64,000 nucleotides of DNA. Source: an uncultured Bacteroidota bacterium. Lineage in GTDB: Bacteria; Bacteroidota; Bacteroidia; Flavobacteriales; Flavobacteriaceae. Location: positions 50,292 through 114,291 of the forward strand of contig CACPQA010000005.1 in the NCBI GenBank assembly GCA_902635965.1, in the 5' to 3' direction. The notes beneath the pieces were generated by a model, which searched no databases, was not told the origin of the DNA, and was given only the letters and a program-made list of their open reading frames with translations. A program made the position numbers and the translations under genes. This document shows, one piece after another, positions 48,311 through 58,249 of this stretch (its first letter is position 1; every line of letters starts with the position of its first letter).

Positions 48311-49402
48311 ATGAGATACTATATTATTGCGGGTGAAGCTTCAGGAGATTTACATGGATCTAAAATTATGGAAAGTATAAAAAAAATTGACAATAAAGCC
48401 AAATTTAGATTTTGGGGTGGAGAAAAAATGAAAGGAATTGGAGGTAAAATTGTTAAACATATCAATCAGTTGTCATTCATGGGGTTTTGGGAGGTATTAA
48501 TGAACATAAATATAATTCTAAAAAATATTAGTTTTTGCAAAAAAGACATAAATGGTTTCCAACCAGACAGGATAATTTATATAGATTATCCTGGTTTTAA
48601 CATGTTAATTGCCAAATGGGCGAAAAAAAAAGGCTTTGAAAATCATTTTTACATAAGTCCACAAATATGGGCTTGGAAGGAAAGCAGGATTAAAAAAATA
48701 AAACGTGATATTGACTATATGTATGTGATTCTTCCCTTTGAGAGGGAATACTACAAAAAAAAACACAATTTAGATGTACATTATGTTGGCCATCCTTTAG
48801 TTGAAATCATTAACAAAGAGATAGCAAAAACTGATTTATTGTCACTAAAAATAACTAAACCGGTAATAGCCCTTTTCCCAGGAAGTAGAAAACAAGAGAT
48901 AAAAAAAATGTTACCTATTTTCAAATCTGTAATTAATCATTTTTCTAACTATGAGTTTATAATTGCAGGTTTGTCTACTAGTAAAGAATGGTATAAAGAA
49001 ATATTGAAGGATGATGAAATCAAAATAGTATATGATAAAACTTACAGTCTTTTAAAAAAATCAACTGCAGCGCTAGTTACTAGTGGGACGGCAACACTCG
49101 AAACTGCTCTCTTCAACGTACCACAGATTGTTTGTTATAAAAGTAGTTTGTTTTCATATTTAATAGGCAAATTATATGTTAAGGTAAAGTTTATATCTCT
49201 CGTAAATATTATTATGGATAGAGAAGTTGTAAAGGAACTAATTCAAAAGGATTGTTCAAAAAGTAAAATAGTTAATGAATTATCGAAACTTTTAAAGAAT
49301 GAAAATGTTTTGAATCTTAAAAAAGAATATAAAATATTAAGGGAAAGATTAGGAAAAGAGAAAACAAGTTTAAAGGTAGCAAAGATGATTACTAAAATAT
49401 AA
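48311..49402 (+). CDS. lpxB: Lipid-A-disaccharide synthase LpxB
   Basis: MRYYIIAGEASGDLHGSKIM...YISPQIWAWKESRIKKIK...ALFPGSR.QEI...SGTATLE. Confidence 0.9.
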   Translation: MRYYIIAGEASGDLHGSKIMESIKKIDNKAKFRFWGGEKMKGIGGKIVKHINQLSFMGFWEVLMNINIILKNISFCKKDINGFQPDRIIYIDYPGFNMLIAKWAKKKGFENHFYISPQIWAWKESRIKKIKRDIDYMYVILPFEREYYKKKHNLDVHYVGHPLVEIINKEIAKTDLLSLKITKPVIALFPGSRKQEIKKMLPIFKSVINHFSNYEFIIAGLSTSKEWYKEILKDDEIKIVYDKTYSLLKKSTAALVTSGTATLETALFNVPQIVCYKSSLFSYLIGKLYVKVKFISLVNIIMDREVVKELIQKDCSKSKIVNELSKLLKNENVLNLKKEYKILRERLGKEKTSLKVAKMITKI

Positions 49403-49408
49403 AAACGG

Positions 49409-49954
49409 TTATTGTCTAAATCTATAATTAAAGTTTTCAATATACTTTTCGATATCGTCAGAGTCCTTAAAAACAGCATAGTCACCTCTTTTTATCATTT
49501 TTAAATATGGTTCTATTTGCCTAACATTAAAGTAACCCGTCAATGGTATAATAGGATCCCCTTGTTCACTAAAGAAAATGATCGTTGGATAACCTCGAAT
49601 TCCTAAAAACTTGGTAAAATCATGGGTAGAATTTCTGCCCTTTCTATCTGGATTATAATTTGGATTAGAATATTTTTTATCATAAAAAAAAATTTCTTCG
49701 TCACCTTCCGCATTAAATTTAACAGCATAAAAATTTTGAGAAATATATCTAGAGACATCTGGATTACCAAAAGTTTTCTTGTCAAGTAACCTGCACGGAC
49801 CACACCATTTAGTATAAACATCCATAATGATCTTTTTGGGCTGAATTTTTTGTGCTTTTAGAGCTTCATCCAAAGACAACCACTTAATCTTCTGAGAATA
49901 AATTACATTAGTTGTAAAAAAAAATAAAAAAATGTAAATTTTAGTAGTGCCCAT
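49409..49954 (-). CDS. Exported thioredoxin-fold protein
   Basis: Signal peptide and a WCGPC active site. Confidence 0.7.
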   Translation of the reverse strand: MGTTKIYIFLFFFTTNVIYSQKIKWLSLDEALKAQKIQPKKIIMDVYTKWCGPCRLLDKKTFGNPDVSRYISQNFYAVKFNAEGDEEIFFYDKKYSNPNYNPDRKGRNSTHDFTKFLGIRGYPTIIFFSEQGDPIIPLTGYFNVRQIEPYLKMIKRGDYAVFKDSDDIEKYIENFNYRFRQ

Positions 49955-51572
49955 GCATTCTTCTAATTAAGTTGTTTTTAAATAAAAAAATTATCAGTCC
50001 AACTAAAATTGGAACCATTGTAAAAATTAAAAAAAACCCTGTAAGACCTATATTGGACGATATTTTATCAATATAACTACCAGTAAAACCTCCTATAAGA
50101 TTTGCAAAAAAATTTGCTAGTAACCAAAACCCCATCATTAACCCAACAAGTCTCATGGGAGCAAGTTTACTAACGTAAGATAAACCAACAGGTGAAACGC
50201 ATAATTCTCCAAGCGTATGAAATAAATAGGCAAACACTAACCAAAATATACTTACACTTGCAGTTTGAGCACCGTATGGAATTGACATTGAACCATACGC
50301 TAGAAATGCAAAACCTAAACCAAGTAGGATTAAACCAATTGAAAATTTGACTGGCCCGCTCGGGTTAAGTTTTGAACTCCAAAGCATTGAGAAAATAGGA
50401 GCGAAAATTATAATAAATAATGAATTTAAAACTGAAAACCAAGATGCTGGAATTTCTGTATCTACTACTTCTGAGGCACTCCAGTTAAATGGAATATAGT
50501 ATTCAAAGATATCTAAATAAGAACTTAATAACGATGAAACAAAACTAGGGAGTAATCCCAACATAAATAAAATTATCCCCCATATAACAATAAAGCTAGT
50601 GCCAAGAAAAAATATAGATAAAAAATACTTTTGAAATATATTTTGGAACAATTTAATTAAAACAAATGTAATAACAAGCATTGGAACTATCGTAATTACC
50701 GTGTTAACTGCTTTAAATATAAGTGATGCTTTGCCTGTCAAGTTCCGATTGGTGTAATCATTTGCGAAAATTGTCATTGAGCCACCAGCTTGTTCAAAAG
50801 CCCACCAAAAAAAAATTGTAGCGGCCGAAAAAACTAAAATAACTAGAATCCTATCCATTTCGATTGAGTTTATCGAGGAATCATTTTTCATTTCTTTAAC
50901 TTTATTTAATTTCTTTTCTGGTTTACGACCAATAGAACCAAAAATATTTTGGGCAAAATAAAATTGAAGCATTCCAAAAAGCATAAAAATTCCAGCAACC
51001 CCAAATCCCAAGTGCCATCCGATGGTTTCACCTAAATAACCACATAATAAAATTCCTAAAAATGCTCCACAATTGATGCCCATATAAAAGATGGTGTATG
51101 CCCCATCTTTCCTAATATCCGATTCTCTGTATAGTTGCCCTACCATTGAAGAAATATTGGGTTTAAATAAACCGTTACCAATAATAATTAATCCAATTCC
51201 AATAAAGAAAAAAAAGTCATCAAAGTACTCTAATGCCATAGATCCGTGTCCAATTGCCATAATAATTGCACCTATTACAGTTGCATTTCTATAACCTAAA
51301 AGTTTATCGGCGATAATTCCTCCAATAAGTGGGGTAAAATAAGCTAGACCTGTGTACCAACCATACAATACTAATGCATCTTCCCTCTCCCACTCCCATC
51401 CCTCATTTAAAAGAGAAGATGTTAAAAAGAGTACAAGTATTGCCCTCATTCCGTAGTAGCTGAACCTTTCCCACATTTCAGTGAAAAAAAGAACAAACAG
51501 GCCTGTGGGGTGGTCAAAAATTGTCCTTTGGTTTAAAAGTGACCCATAAAATTTAAATTCACTTTCCTTCAA
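49941..51572 (-). CDS. POT/PTR2 family di-/tripeptide:proton symporter
   Basis: GLFVLFFTEMWERFSYYGMRAILVLFL and GGIIADKLLGYR signatures. Polytopic, 543 aa. Confidence 0.9.
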   Translation of the reverse strand: MKESEFKFYGSLLNQRTIFDHPTGLFVLFFTEMWERFSYYGMRAILVLFLTSSLLNEGWEWEREDALVLYGWYTGLAYFTPLIGGIIADKLLGYRNATVIGAIIMAIGHGSMALEYFDDFFFFIGIGLIIIGNGLFKPNISSMVGQLYRESDIRKDGAYTIFYMGINCGAFLGILLCGYLGETIGWHLGFGVAGIFMLFGMLQFYFAQNIFGSIGRKPEKKLNKVKEMKNDSSINSIEMDRILVILVFSAATIFFWWAFEQAGGSMTIFANDYTNRNLTGKASLIFKAVNTVITIVPMLVITFVLIKLFQNIFQKYFLSIFFLGTSFIVIWGIILFMLGLLPSFVSSLLSSYLDIFEYYIPFNWSASEVVDTEIPASWFSVLNSLFIIIFAPIFSMLWSSKLNPSGPVKFSIGLILLGLGFAFLAYGSMSIPYGAQTASVSIFWLVFAYLFHTLGELCVSPVGLSYVSKLAPMRLVGLMMGFWLLANFFANLIGGFTGSYIDKISSNIGLTGFFLIFTMVPILVGLIIFLFKNNLIRRMHGHY

Positions 51573-51590
51573 ATAAATTAGAATTAATTA

Positions 51591-53744
51591 TCATAAATTC
51601 TTTTCTATAAAATTAGTCATTTTATTATATAGGTGAATTGAGGTGTTACCTCCATAAATTCCATGGTTTTTGTCGGGATAAATCATCCATTCGAATTGTT
51701 TATCTTCTTGTATTAACTCCTCAACCATGCGCATGGTGTTTTGTAGATGAACATTATCATCTGCGGAGCCATGAATTAATAAATAATCTCCTTCTAGTAA
51801 ATGTGCAAAATTAAGAGGTGAGTTTAAATCGTAACCTTCTTTATTATCTTTTGGCAACCCCATAAATCTTTCAGTGTATATTGTGTCGTAAAACCTCCAA
51901 TTTGTAACTGGAGCTACTGCTATCGCAAGGGAAAATATATCACTCCCTTTCAAAATACAGTTTGTTGATATCAGGCCACCATAGCTCCACCCCCATATTC
52001 CAATTCTATCCTTGTCAATGTAAGAAAATTTAGACATATATTTAGCAAAACTTATCTGATCTTCTGTTTCATACTTAGCAAGTTGCCCGTATGTGATTTT
52101 TTTAAACTTTTTCCCTTTAAAACCTGTTCCTCTTCCATCAACACATGCGATTAAATAACCCTTTTGAGCTAACATTTGATGCCAAAAGTCTCTATTAGTA
52201 TTCCATCTGTTTTCAACTTCTTGAGATCCAGGTCCGGAATATTGATAGATTATCAGTGGATATTTATTTTTAGGGTTGAAATTAGCAGGTTTAATTATCC
52301 ACATGTTTAGCACCTCCCCATTTATGTTTACTTTTGAAAATTCCTTAGGAGAAAGACTGTAAGCTTTAAGCTTTTCAAGCAGTATATTATTGTCAATTAT
52401 TTTTCTAACCAGCTTTCCTGATTTACTATCTCTTAGGGAATAAACTAGTGGAGTACTATTATCTTCAAAAGAGTGAATAAAGTATTTGTAATTTGATGTA
52501 AAAGAAGCTCCATTGAAACCTCTTTTCGGTGAAAGAGATTTTTTGTTTTTTCCATTCAAACTTATTTTATAAATGACCCTTTCAATTGATTCATCTTCAG
52601 TAGAAGAGTAATAAACCACACCTTTATTTACACCCAGTAACTTATCGACATCCCAATTCCCTGTAGTAATTTGATTTATTTTTTTTTCTTCATTTTTTAC
52701 TAGATAAATATGATTATATCCGCTTCTGTCACTTGTCAACAAGAAATCGTCATCTTCTAAAAAAAAGATTTTTTCTTTAATATCTACATAGGTTTCATCT
52801 TTTTCTTCAAAGACTCTTTTAATTATACCTAGACCGAGGTCATAGCTTGTTAATAATAATTTATTTTGAAGTCTATTTAAAGATTGTATAAATAATTTAT
52901 TTGAATAGTCACTGAATCTTAATCTTGGTATATAGTAATAATCATCTTTATCTATATTTAAATCAATGGGACTTATTTTTTCGTTTTCTAGATTATAAAT
53001 TTTTAAATCTAAACTTGAATTTTTTTCACCAGCTTTAGGATATTTAAAATTATACTGGAATGGATACAAATTATTACCAAAAATTTTCATTGAGTATTCA
53101 GGCACATTTGTTTCATCAAACACAATAAACGCAAGATTATTGCTGTCTTTATCCCAATCAAAAGCTCGTACTAAACCAAATTCTTCTTCATAAACCCAAT
53201 CTGCTAAACCATTAATAATGTTTTCATTTCCTGTAAAGGTAATTTGCTTTATAATATTTTTATTTAAAAATTTAATATATATATTTCTATTATAAATAAA
53301 CGCTACTTTTTCACCATCTGGTGAGAAAAAAGGTTCTTGAATTAAATCGTTAAAAACATAATTAATTTGATCATTTGGGATGCTGTAAATATAATACTCA
53401 GCTAATTTAGACCTTCTGTAAAGCGGATATACATTTGTTTCTAATAAAATTTTATTTTCATCACTTGAAAAAGAATAACTTGTGAAAAAGGGTATCTTCG
53501 CTGATGATGATGAGTCTAAAATAACATCTACAATCTCACCAGTCTCATAACTTCTTAGTACAATTTTTGATTTTTTTTGAACACGATTAATTTCTATCGT
53601 AGAGTAATAGTTTTTGGTTTTGAAATGGTAAATAGATTTAATAGTTTGTTGCTCAAATTCAAAATTCCATATGTCCTCATTGTTAAGTAAAACCTGTTGA
53701 GAGGAGACAATGTTGAAAAATAATAAAAAAATTAAAATCCTCAA
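51591..53744 (-). CDS. Dipeptidyl-peptidase IV (S9B family)
   Basis: Signal peptide. DPPIV N-terminal propeller. Catalytic GIWGWSYGG, GSADDNVH, and a conserved H in DKNHGI. Confidence 0.9.
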   Translation of the reverse strand: MRILIFLLFFNIVSSQQVLLNNEDIWNFEFEQQTIKSIYHFKTKNYYSTIEINRVQKKSKIVLRSYETGEIVDVILDSSSSAKIPFFTSYSFSSDENKILLETNVYPLYRRSKLAEYYIYSIPNDQINYVFNDLIQEPFFSPDGEKVAFIYNRNIYIKFLNKNIIKQITFTGNENIINGLADWVYEEEFGLVRAFDWDKDSNNLAFIVFDETNVPEYSMKIFGNNLYPFQYNFKYPKAGEKNSSLDLKIYNLENEKISPIDLNIDKDDYYYIPRLRFSDYSNKLFIQSLNRLQNKLLLTSYDLGLGIIKRVFEEKDETYVDIKEKIFFLEDDDFLLTSDRSGYNHIYLVKNEEKKINQITTGNWDVDKLLGVNKGVVYYSSTEDESIERVIYKISLNGKNKKSLSPKRGFNGASFTSNYKYFIHSFEDNSTPLVYSLRDSKSGKLVRKIIDNNILLEKLKAYSLSPKEFSKVNINGEVLNMWIIKPANFNPKNKYPLIIYQYSGPGSQEVENRWNTNRDFWHQMLAQKGYLIACVDGRGTGFKGKKFKKITYGQLAKYETEDQISFAKYMSKFSYIDKDRIGIWGWSYGGLISTNCILKGSDIFSLAIAVAPVTNWRFYDTIYTERFMGLPKDNKEGYDLNSPLNFAHLLEGDYLLIHGSADDNVHLQNTMRMVEELIQEDKQFEWMIYPDKNHGIYGGNTSIHLYNKMTNFIEKNL

Positions 53745-53842
53745 ATCTTAATCATTTAATAAAACCTTAAAGTTAATTTCTTTTACATAACATTCAAAAA
53801 TTGTTCTTCTAATATGGTATATTTAAAAAAAAATCCGTCGCT

Positions 53843-55156
53843 ATGAGCAATTTTGTGAATGGCTTCTCAAAGAAAAAAAAGCTAGAAAAAATTGATTGGA
53901 TTATTAGCAATCATTTTCATAACAATAAAAAAGCAAAAGATATTCTATTTAGTTATTTGAATGATGACAAATCAATCCAGAACCTTCATGATGAATTTAT
54001 TGAAAATACGATAACAAACTTTTATCTACCTTTTGCAGTTGCACCTAATTTCTTGATTAATAATAAATATTACACTGTTCCAATGGCAATAGAGGAAAGC
54101 AGTATTGTCGCTGCAGCTTCCAAGACTGCGAAATTTTGGTCCAAACTTGGTGGATTTAAAACCGAGGTTTTGAGTGCAGAAAAAGTTGGTCAGATACATT
54201 TTTTTTACAATGGTCCCTTTAAAAAGATAGAATCTTTTTTTAGAAAAATAAAAAAAGATATTATTAAGGATTTGAACCCAATTACATCAAATATGGAAAA
54301 GAGAGGAGGTGGGATTTCAAGTCTAGAACTTATTGATATGAGTGAAAAAATTAATTGTTATTACCAAATATTCGCAAAATTTAACACAATTGATTCAATG
54401 GGTGCAAATTTTATAAACTCATGTCTTGAAAAAGTAACTGAGGTATTTAAATTTTATATTGAAGAAAAAAAATTTTTAGACGGCAGTAGTGAAAAAATTA
54501 ATTTTCTTATGAGTATTTTATCAAATTATACTCCTAATTGTCTTGTTAGAGCCAGTGTTAATTGTAAAGTCGATGATTTAGAAAAAAATAATGGAGGATT
54601 AAAGGATAAAAAATTTATTCAAAATTTTATTGATGCTGTAAAAATTTCTAAAGTTGACACTTTTAGAGCAGTTACACACAACAAAGGAATTATGAACGGA
54701 ATTGACTCAGTGGTAATTGCTACTGGGAATGATTTTAGATCTGTAGAAGCCGGTATTCATTCTTATGCCTCTAAAGACGGTAATTATTCAGGTTTATCAG
54801 ATGCCTATGTCAAAAATGATATATTTTATTTTGATTTAACGATTCCTTTATCTTTAGGTACTGTGGGTGGTTTAACTAAATTGCACCCATTGGTAAGTTG
54901 GGCTCACGATTTACTTGGAAACCCCAGCGCTAATGAATTAATGCAAATAATATCTGCCGTAGGATTGGCTCAAAACTTTGCGGCACTAAAATCTTTAGTA
55001 ACTACAGGAATTCAAAAAGGGCATATGAAAATGCACTTATTAAATATTTTAAATCAACTTGGTGCTAATCAAATACAAAAAATTCGTGCCGTTGAGTATT
55101 TTAAAGCTAAAAATGTTTCATATAAAAATGTAAGGGAATTTTTAAATAAAGGATAG
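53843..55156 (+). CDS. Hydroxymethylglutaryl-CoA reductase (class II-like)
   Basis: MAIEESSIVAAASK, DSMGANFINS, LGTVGGLTKLHP and GIQKGHMKMH motifs. 437 aa. Confidence 0.85.
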   Translation: MSNFVNGFSKKKKLEKIDWIISNHFHNNKKAKDILFSYLNDDKSIQNLHDEFIENTITNFYLPFAVAPNFLINNKYYTVPMAIEESSIVAAASKTAKFWSKLGGFKTEVLSAEKVGQIHFFYNGPFKKIESFFRKIKKDIIKDLNPITSNMEKRGGGISSLELIDMSEKINCYYQIFAKFNTIDSMGANFINSCLEKVTEVFKFYIEEKKFLDGSSEKINFLMSILSNYTPNCLVRASVNCKVDDLEKNNGGLKDKKFIQNFIDAVKISKVDTFRAVTHNKGIMNGIDSVVIATGNDFRSVEAGIHSYASKDGNYSGLSDAYVKNDIFYFDLTIPLSLGTVGGLTKLHPLVSWAHDLLGNPSANELMQIISAVGLAQNFAALKSLVTTGIQKGHMKMHLLNILNQLGANQIQKIRAVEYFKAKNVSYKNVREFLNKG

Positions 55157-55157
55157 A

Positions 55158-56057
55158 ATGAATTATTATAGTTGTGGAAAATTATTAATAACGGCCGAAT
55201 ATCTTATTTTAAAGGGAGCTAAAGGACTGGCAATACCAACAAAACAGGGTCAAAAACTGTCAGTTAAAGAAAATACAGAAAAACAAATTTCTTGGAAAGC
55301 CTATACATGTAGTAACCAAAAATGGATTGACTGTAGGTTTGATTTAAACTTTAAATTAATAAAATCCAAAAAAACAAAAACAGAAGATATCTTTTCTCTT
55401 ATAAAACTTTTGAAAAATATAAATAAGTTTTCACCTGGATTTGCACGTCGAGGCCTAGATATTTCAACAAACTTAGATTTTGAAAGGAATTGGGGTTTAG
55501 GGTCATCTTCAACTCTTATAAATAATATTTCTAATTGGCTCAATATAAATCCATATGAGTTATTGAAAGTTACTTTTCCCGGAAGTGGATATGATATAGC
55601 TGTTTCTAACACAAAAACTCCAATTTTTTTCAAAAAAAAAGGGGAAATCAATGAAGTTAGTGAGACAAAATTTTCTCCTCCATTCAAAGAAAATCTTTTT
55701 TTTGTTCATCTTAATAAAAAAGTAAATAGTCAAAAAGAGGTGAGTAATTTTTTGAATAAGAAAAATGAATTTAAGGATGATATTCTAAGAATTAATTCTT
55801 TAGGGAAAATGATCGCTAAAGAAAAAAATCAAAAAATCTTCAATGAAATGTTGAAAGAACATGAAGATATAATTTCAAATGTTATATCGGAAAAACCAGT
55901 TCAAAAGACTCTTTTTAATGATTTCAATGGACAGATTAAAAGTTTAGGTGCTTGGGGTGGAGATTTTGTACTTGTGTCCGGAGACAGTGAAACGCCAAAA
56001 TATTTTTTAAAAAAAGGATATAAGACAATTATGCCATTTTCAGTGATGAAACTATAA
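55158..56057 (+). CDS. GYDIA-family GHMP kinase (putative mevalonate-pathway kinase)
   Basis: GHMP motif II NWGLGSSSTL and the eponymous PGSGYDIAVS. Starts 1 nt after the HMG-CoA reductase stop. Confidence 0.75.
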   Translation: MNYYSCGKLLITAEYLILKGAKGLAIPTKQGQKLSVKENTEKQISWKAYTCSNQKWIDCRFDLNFKLIKSKKTKTEDIFSLIKLLKNINKFSPGFARRGLDISTNLDFERNWGLGSSSTLINNISNWLNINPYELLKVTFPGSGYDIAVSNTKTPIFFKKKGEINEVSETKFSPPFKENLFFVHLNKKVNSQKEVSNFLNKKNEFKDDILRINSLGKMIAKEKNQKIFNEMLKEHEDIISNVISEKPVQKTLFNDFNGQIKSLGAWGGDFVLVSGDSETPKYFLKKGYKTIMPFSVMKL

Positions 56058-56065
56058 TTTGTAAA

Positions 56066-58177
56066 TCAATAATAGATCGATCTATTATCCTGAATTTCTG
56101 CAGTATTTTCTAGAGCAGAAATAATTAAACTTGGAAGGTTTTCTCTTTCTTCAGATTGCAATTTAGAAGCAAGTTTTGAATAATCGGATAAATCTTCTGC
56201 AATTGTTTTTTTTGTAATTTTTAGCATAAAAATGCCACTATTGCCAATTAATAATTCTGAGGTTTTAAATTCATCAAGCCCAAATGCTTTTCCCACAATA
56301 TGTGGTTCTTCTCCAGAACCAACAATGGTACCACTTTTTTGATTAATTGCATTCGCAGTAATGACCTCTAGTTCGTTTTTTGCAGCAAATTCTTCTAAAC
56401 CTAAAAGGTTCGAATTGTCATTAATAATTAGTTCTGCTTTCTTTTTATTTAAAAGCTCATAGGTGATTTCTTTCCTAACATCGTCAATATCTAAAACTCC
56501 TTTATCTTTAATTTCATTTATCTTAACCACAACATAACCACCAAAAGAAAGATCAAATCGTTTTATTTCTCCAACGATTCTACTATCATCAAATATCCAC
56601 TGAACAATCCTTCTTTGTAACGTTAATCCAGGTAAATTTTCGTCAAGCCGGTTAATATTTGAAATAAATCTTACATTGTAGTCTTTTTCAAGAGCAGCAC
56701 TTTGAAAATCACCATTTAATGAATTCATTTCAAATTGAGTAGCATTTTTAAAAACCTCGTTTGATGTGGTCTCAGATGGTACGATTTTTTTTGTTAAAGT
56801 AGCAAGTAAAACTAAATCTTCTTTGTCCACAACTTTAATAATGTGAAAACCAAAAGATGTCTCAACTAATCCAATTTTTCCTATCCTGTTCTTGGACGCA
56901 AAATCATAGAAAGCAGGTTCTATTTGCTTTTCAGTAAAAAATCCAAGATCTCCTCCTGACGATTTAGATGGGCCATCAGAAAACTCCTCAGCTAAAGTTT
57001 CAAATTTTGAATTATTCTTTAAAATTTGCCTATATAAATTATTCGCAAGTTTTTTTGCTTCTGACTTTGTTCTTTCAACATTTGGAGGCTTCCTATTTGA
57101 CTCATTATGTGAAATTAAGATATGGCTGGCTCTTATAGAACCATTCTTCTTCCTATCTATCAACTTTGAAATTTTAAAACTGTTAATATCCTTATACGGA
57201 CCAAAAGACTCATCTGTCTTTAAATTAAATAAAATTTCAGCATATTCGGATGGTAACTTACCTTTAGTTAAATAAATCGAATCAAACTCTTCATCAGAGT
57301 ATCTATCAATGAACTCTTTGATATTTTTTGTGTTATAAAATCCAAGAACGGTATCTGTTAACTTAGAAACATCATTATATTCATATCTATCCTTTGTGAG
57401 GTTTGTTATTGATTCACGAATATTCTGAACATCATCTTCAGTGGCATTTTCAAAAAAAGAAACATACTCTATAGATCTAGATTCGTCAGTTGTGTATTTA
57501 TCTTTATTTTTATTTAAATGGTTTTTTATTTCTTGGTCAGATATTTTAAAGATTGTGTCTGGTATTTTAGAGTATGGGTACTTTACATATTCAATATCTA
57601 TATTATCATTTTCTAGGTGATAATAAATCTCAGCATCTTTGGGAGTTACAGCTATACTTGATTTAATTAGGTCAAAGTAAATATTTTCCTTGGCAGAGGA
57701 TATTATAGAAAGCTCTTGTTGCTTCCATGATTCGTAGGCTTGTGGGTTTGTGTTTTTGATTTGAACTATGAAATCTGTAAATAAACCGAAATCAAAGAAT
57801 CCAGCTTCATTAATAAACCTTTCATCATTGATTATTGATTCTGTTGAAGAAACAACTTGCTCTATTTGATCTCTTCCGGCATCAATACCTAGGACTTCAA
57901 ATTGATTTTCAAAAACAAAATTTCTAACATATTGTTTCCATACGTTATCCACGGCTTGCATCGTGGTTAATCCAAAATTTCTCTCCGTTTGTTCTACCAT
58001 AAACCGAAAGTTTTCTAATGGAATTTCCTTACCATCAACAGAACCTATAGGTTTGTTTAAAATATCGTCTGAATTGCCAGTTCCCAGAGCGCCAGAAATA
58101 ACGAATGCGAACAGCGCAAGTCCGATAACAATAATCAGAAAAATTGACTTTTCACGTATCTTACCTAATATAGCCAC
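56066..58177 (-). CDS. PpiD/SurA-like periplasmic chaperone with parvulin PPIase domain
   Basis: N-terminal membrane anchor. Parvulin block RASHILISHNE...GGDLGFF...SFGFHIIKV. 703 aa. Confidence 0.8.
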   Translation of the reverse strand: MAILGKIREKSIFLIIVIGLALFAFVISGALGTGNSDDILNKPIGSVDGKEIPLENFRFMVEQTERNFGLTTMQAVDNVWKQYVRNFVFENQFEVLGIDAGRDQIEQVVSSTESIINDERFINEAGFFDFGLFTDFIVQIKNTNPQAYESWKQQELSIISSAKENIYFDLIKSSIAVTPKDAEIYYHLENDNIDIEYVKYPYSKIPDTIFKISDQEIKNHLNKNKDKYTTDESRSIEYVSFFENATEDDVQNIRESITNLTKDRYEYNDVSKLTDTVLGFYNTKNIKEFIDRYSDEEFDSIYLTKGKLPSEYAEILFNLKTDESFGPYKDINSFKISKLIDRKKNGSIRASHILISHNESNRKPPNVERTKSEAKKLANNLYRQILKNNSKFETLAEEFSDGPSKSSGGDLGFFTEKQIEPAFYDFASKNRIGKIGLVETSFGFHIIKVVDKEDLVLLATLTKKIVPSETTSNEVFKNATQFEMNSLNGDFQSAALEKDYNVRFISNINRLDENLPGLTLQRRIVQWIFDDSRIVGEIKRFDLSFGGYVVVKINEIKDKGVLDIDDVRKEITYELLNKKKAELIINDNSNLLGLEEFAAKNELEVITANAINQKSGTIVGSGEEPHIVGKAFGLDEFKTSELLIGNSGIFMLKITKKTIAEDLSDYSKLASKLQSEERENLPSLIISALENTAEIQDNRSIYY

Positions 58178-58249
58178 TCTTATAATTTAACGACACGAAT
58201 TTACAACTTCTTAACAAAAAATAAAATGTAAAATGATTTTGTTAGAAAA

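Noticed and set aside
56069-56088. Perfect 20-nt palindrome ataatagatcgatctattat between the convergent GHMP-kinase and PpiD-like genes
   Set aside because: It lies inside the last seven codons of the PpiD-like gene (QDNRSIYY*) and has no flanking U-tract on either strand, so I cannot support a terminator call. It may act as a weak hairpin, but the evidence is insufficient.
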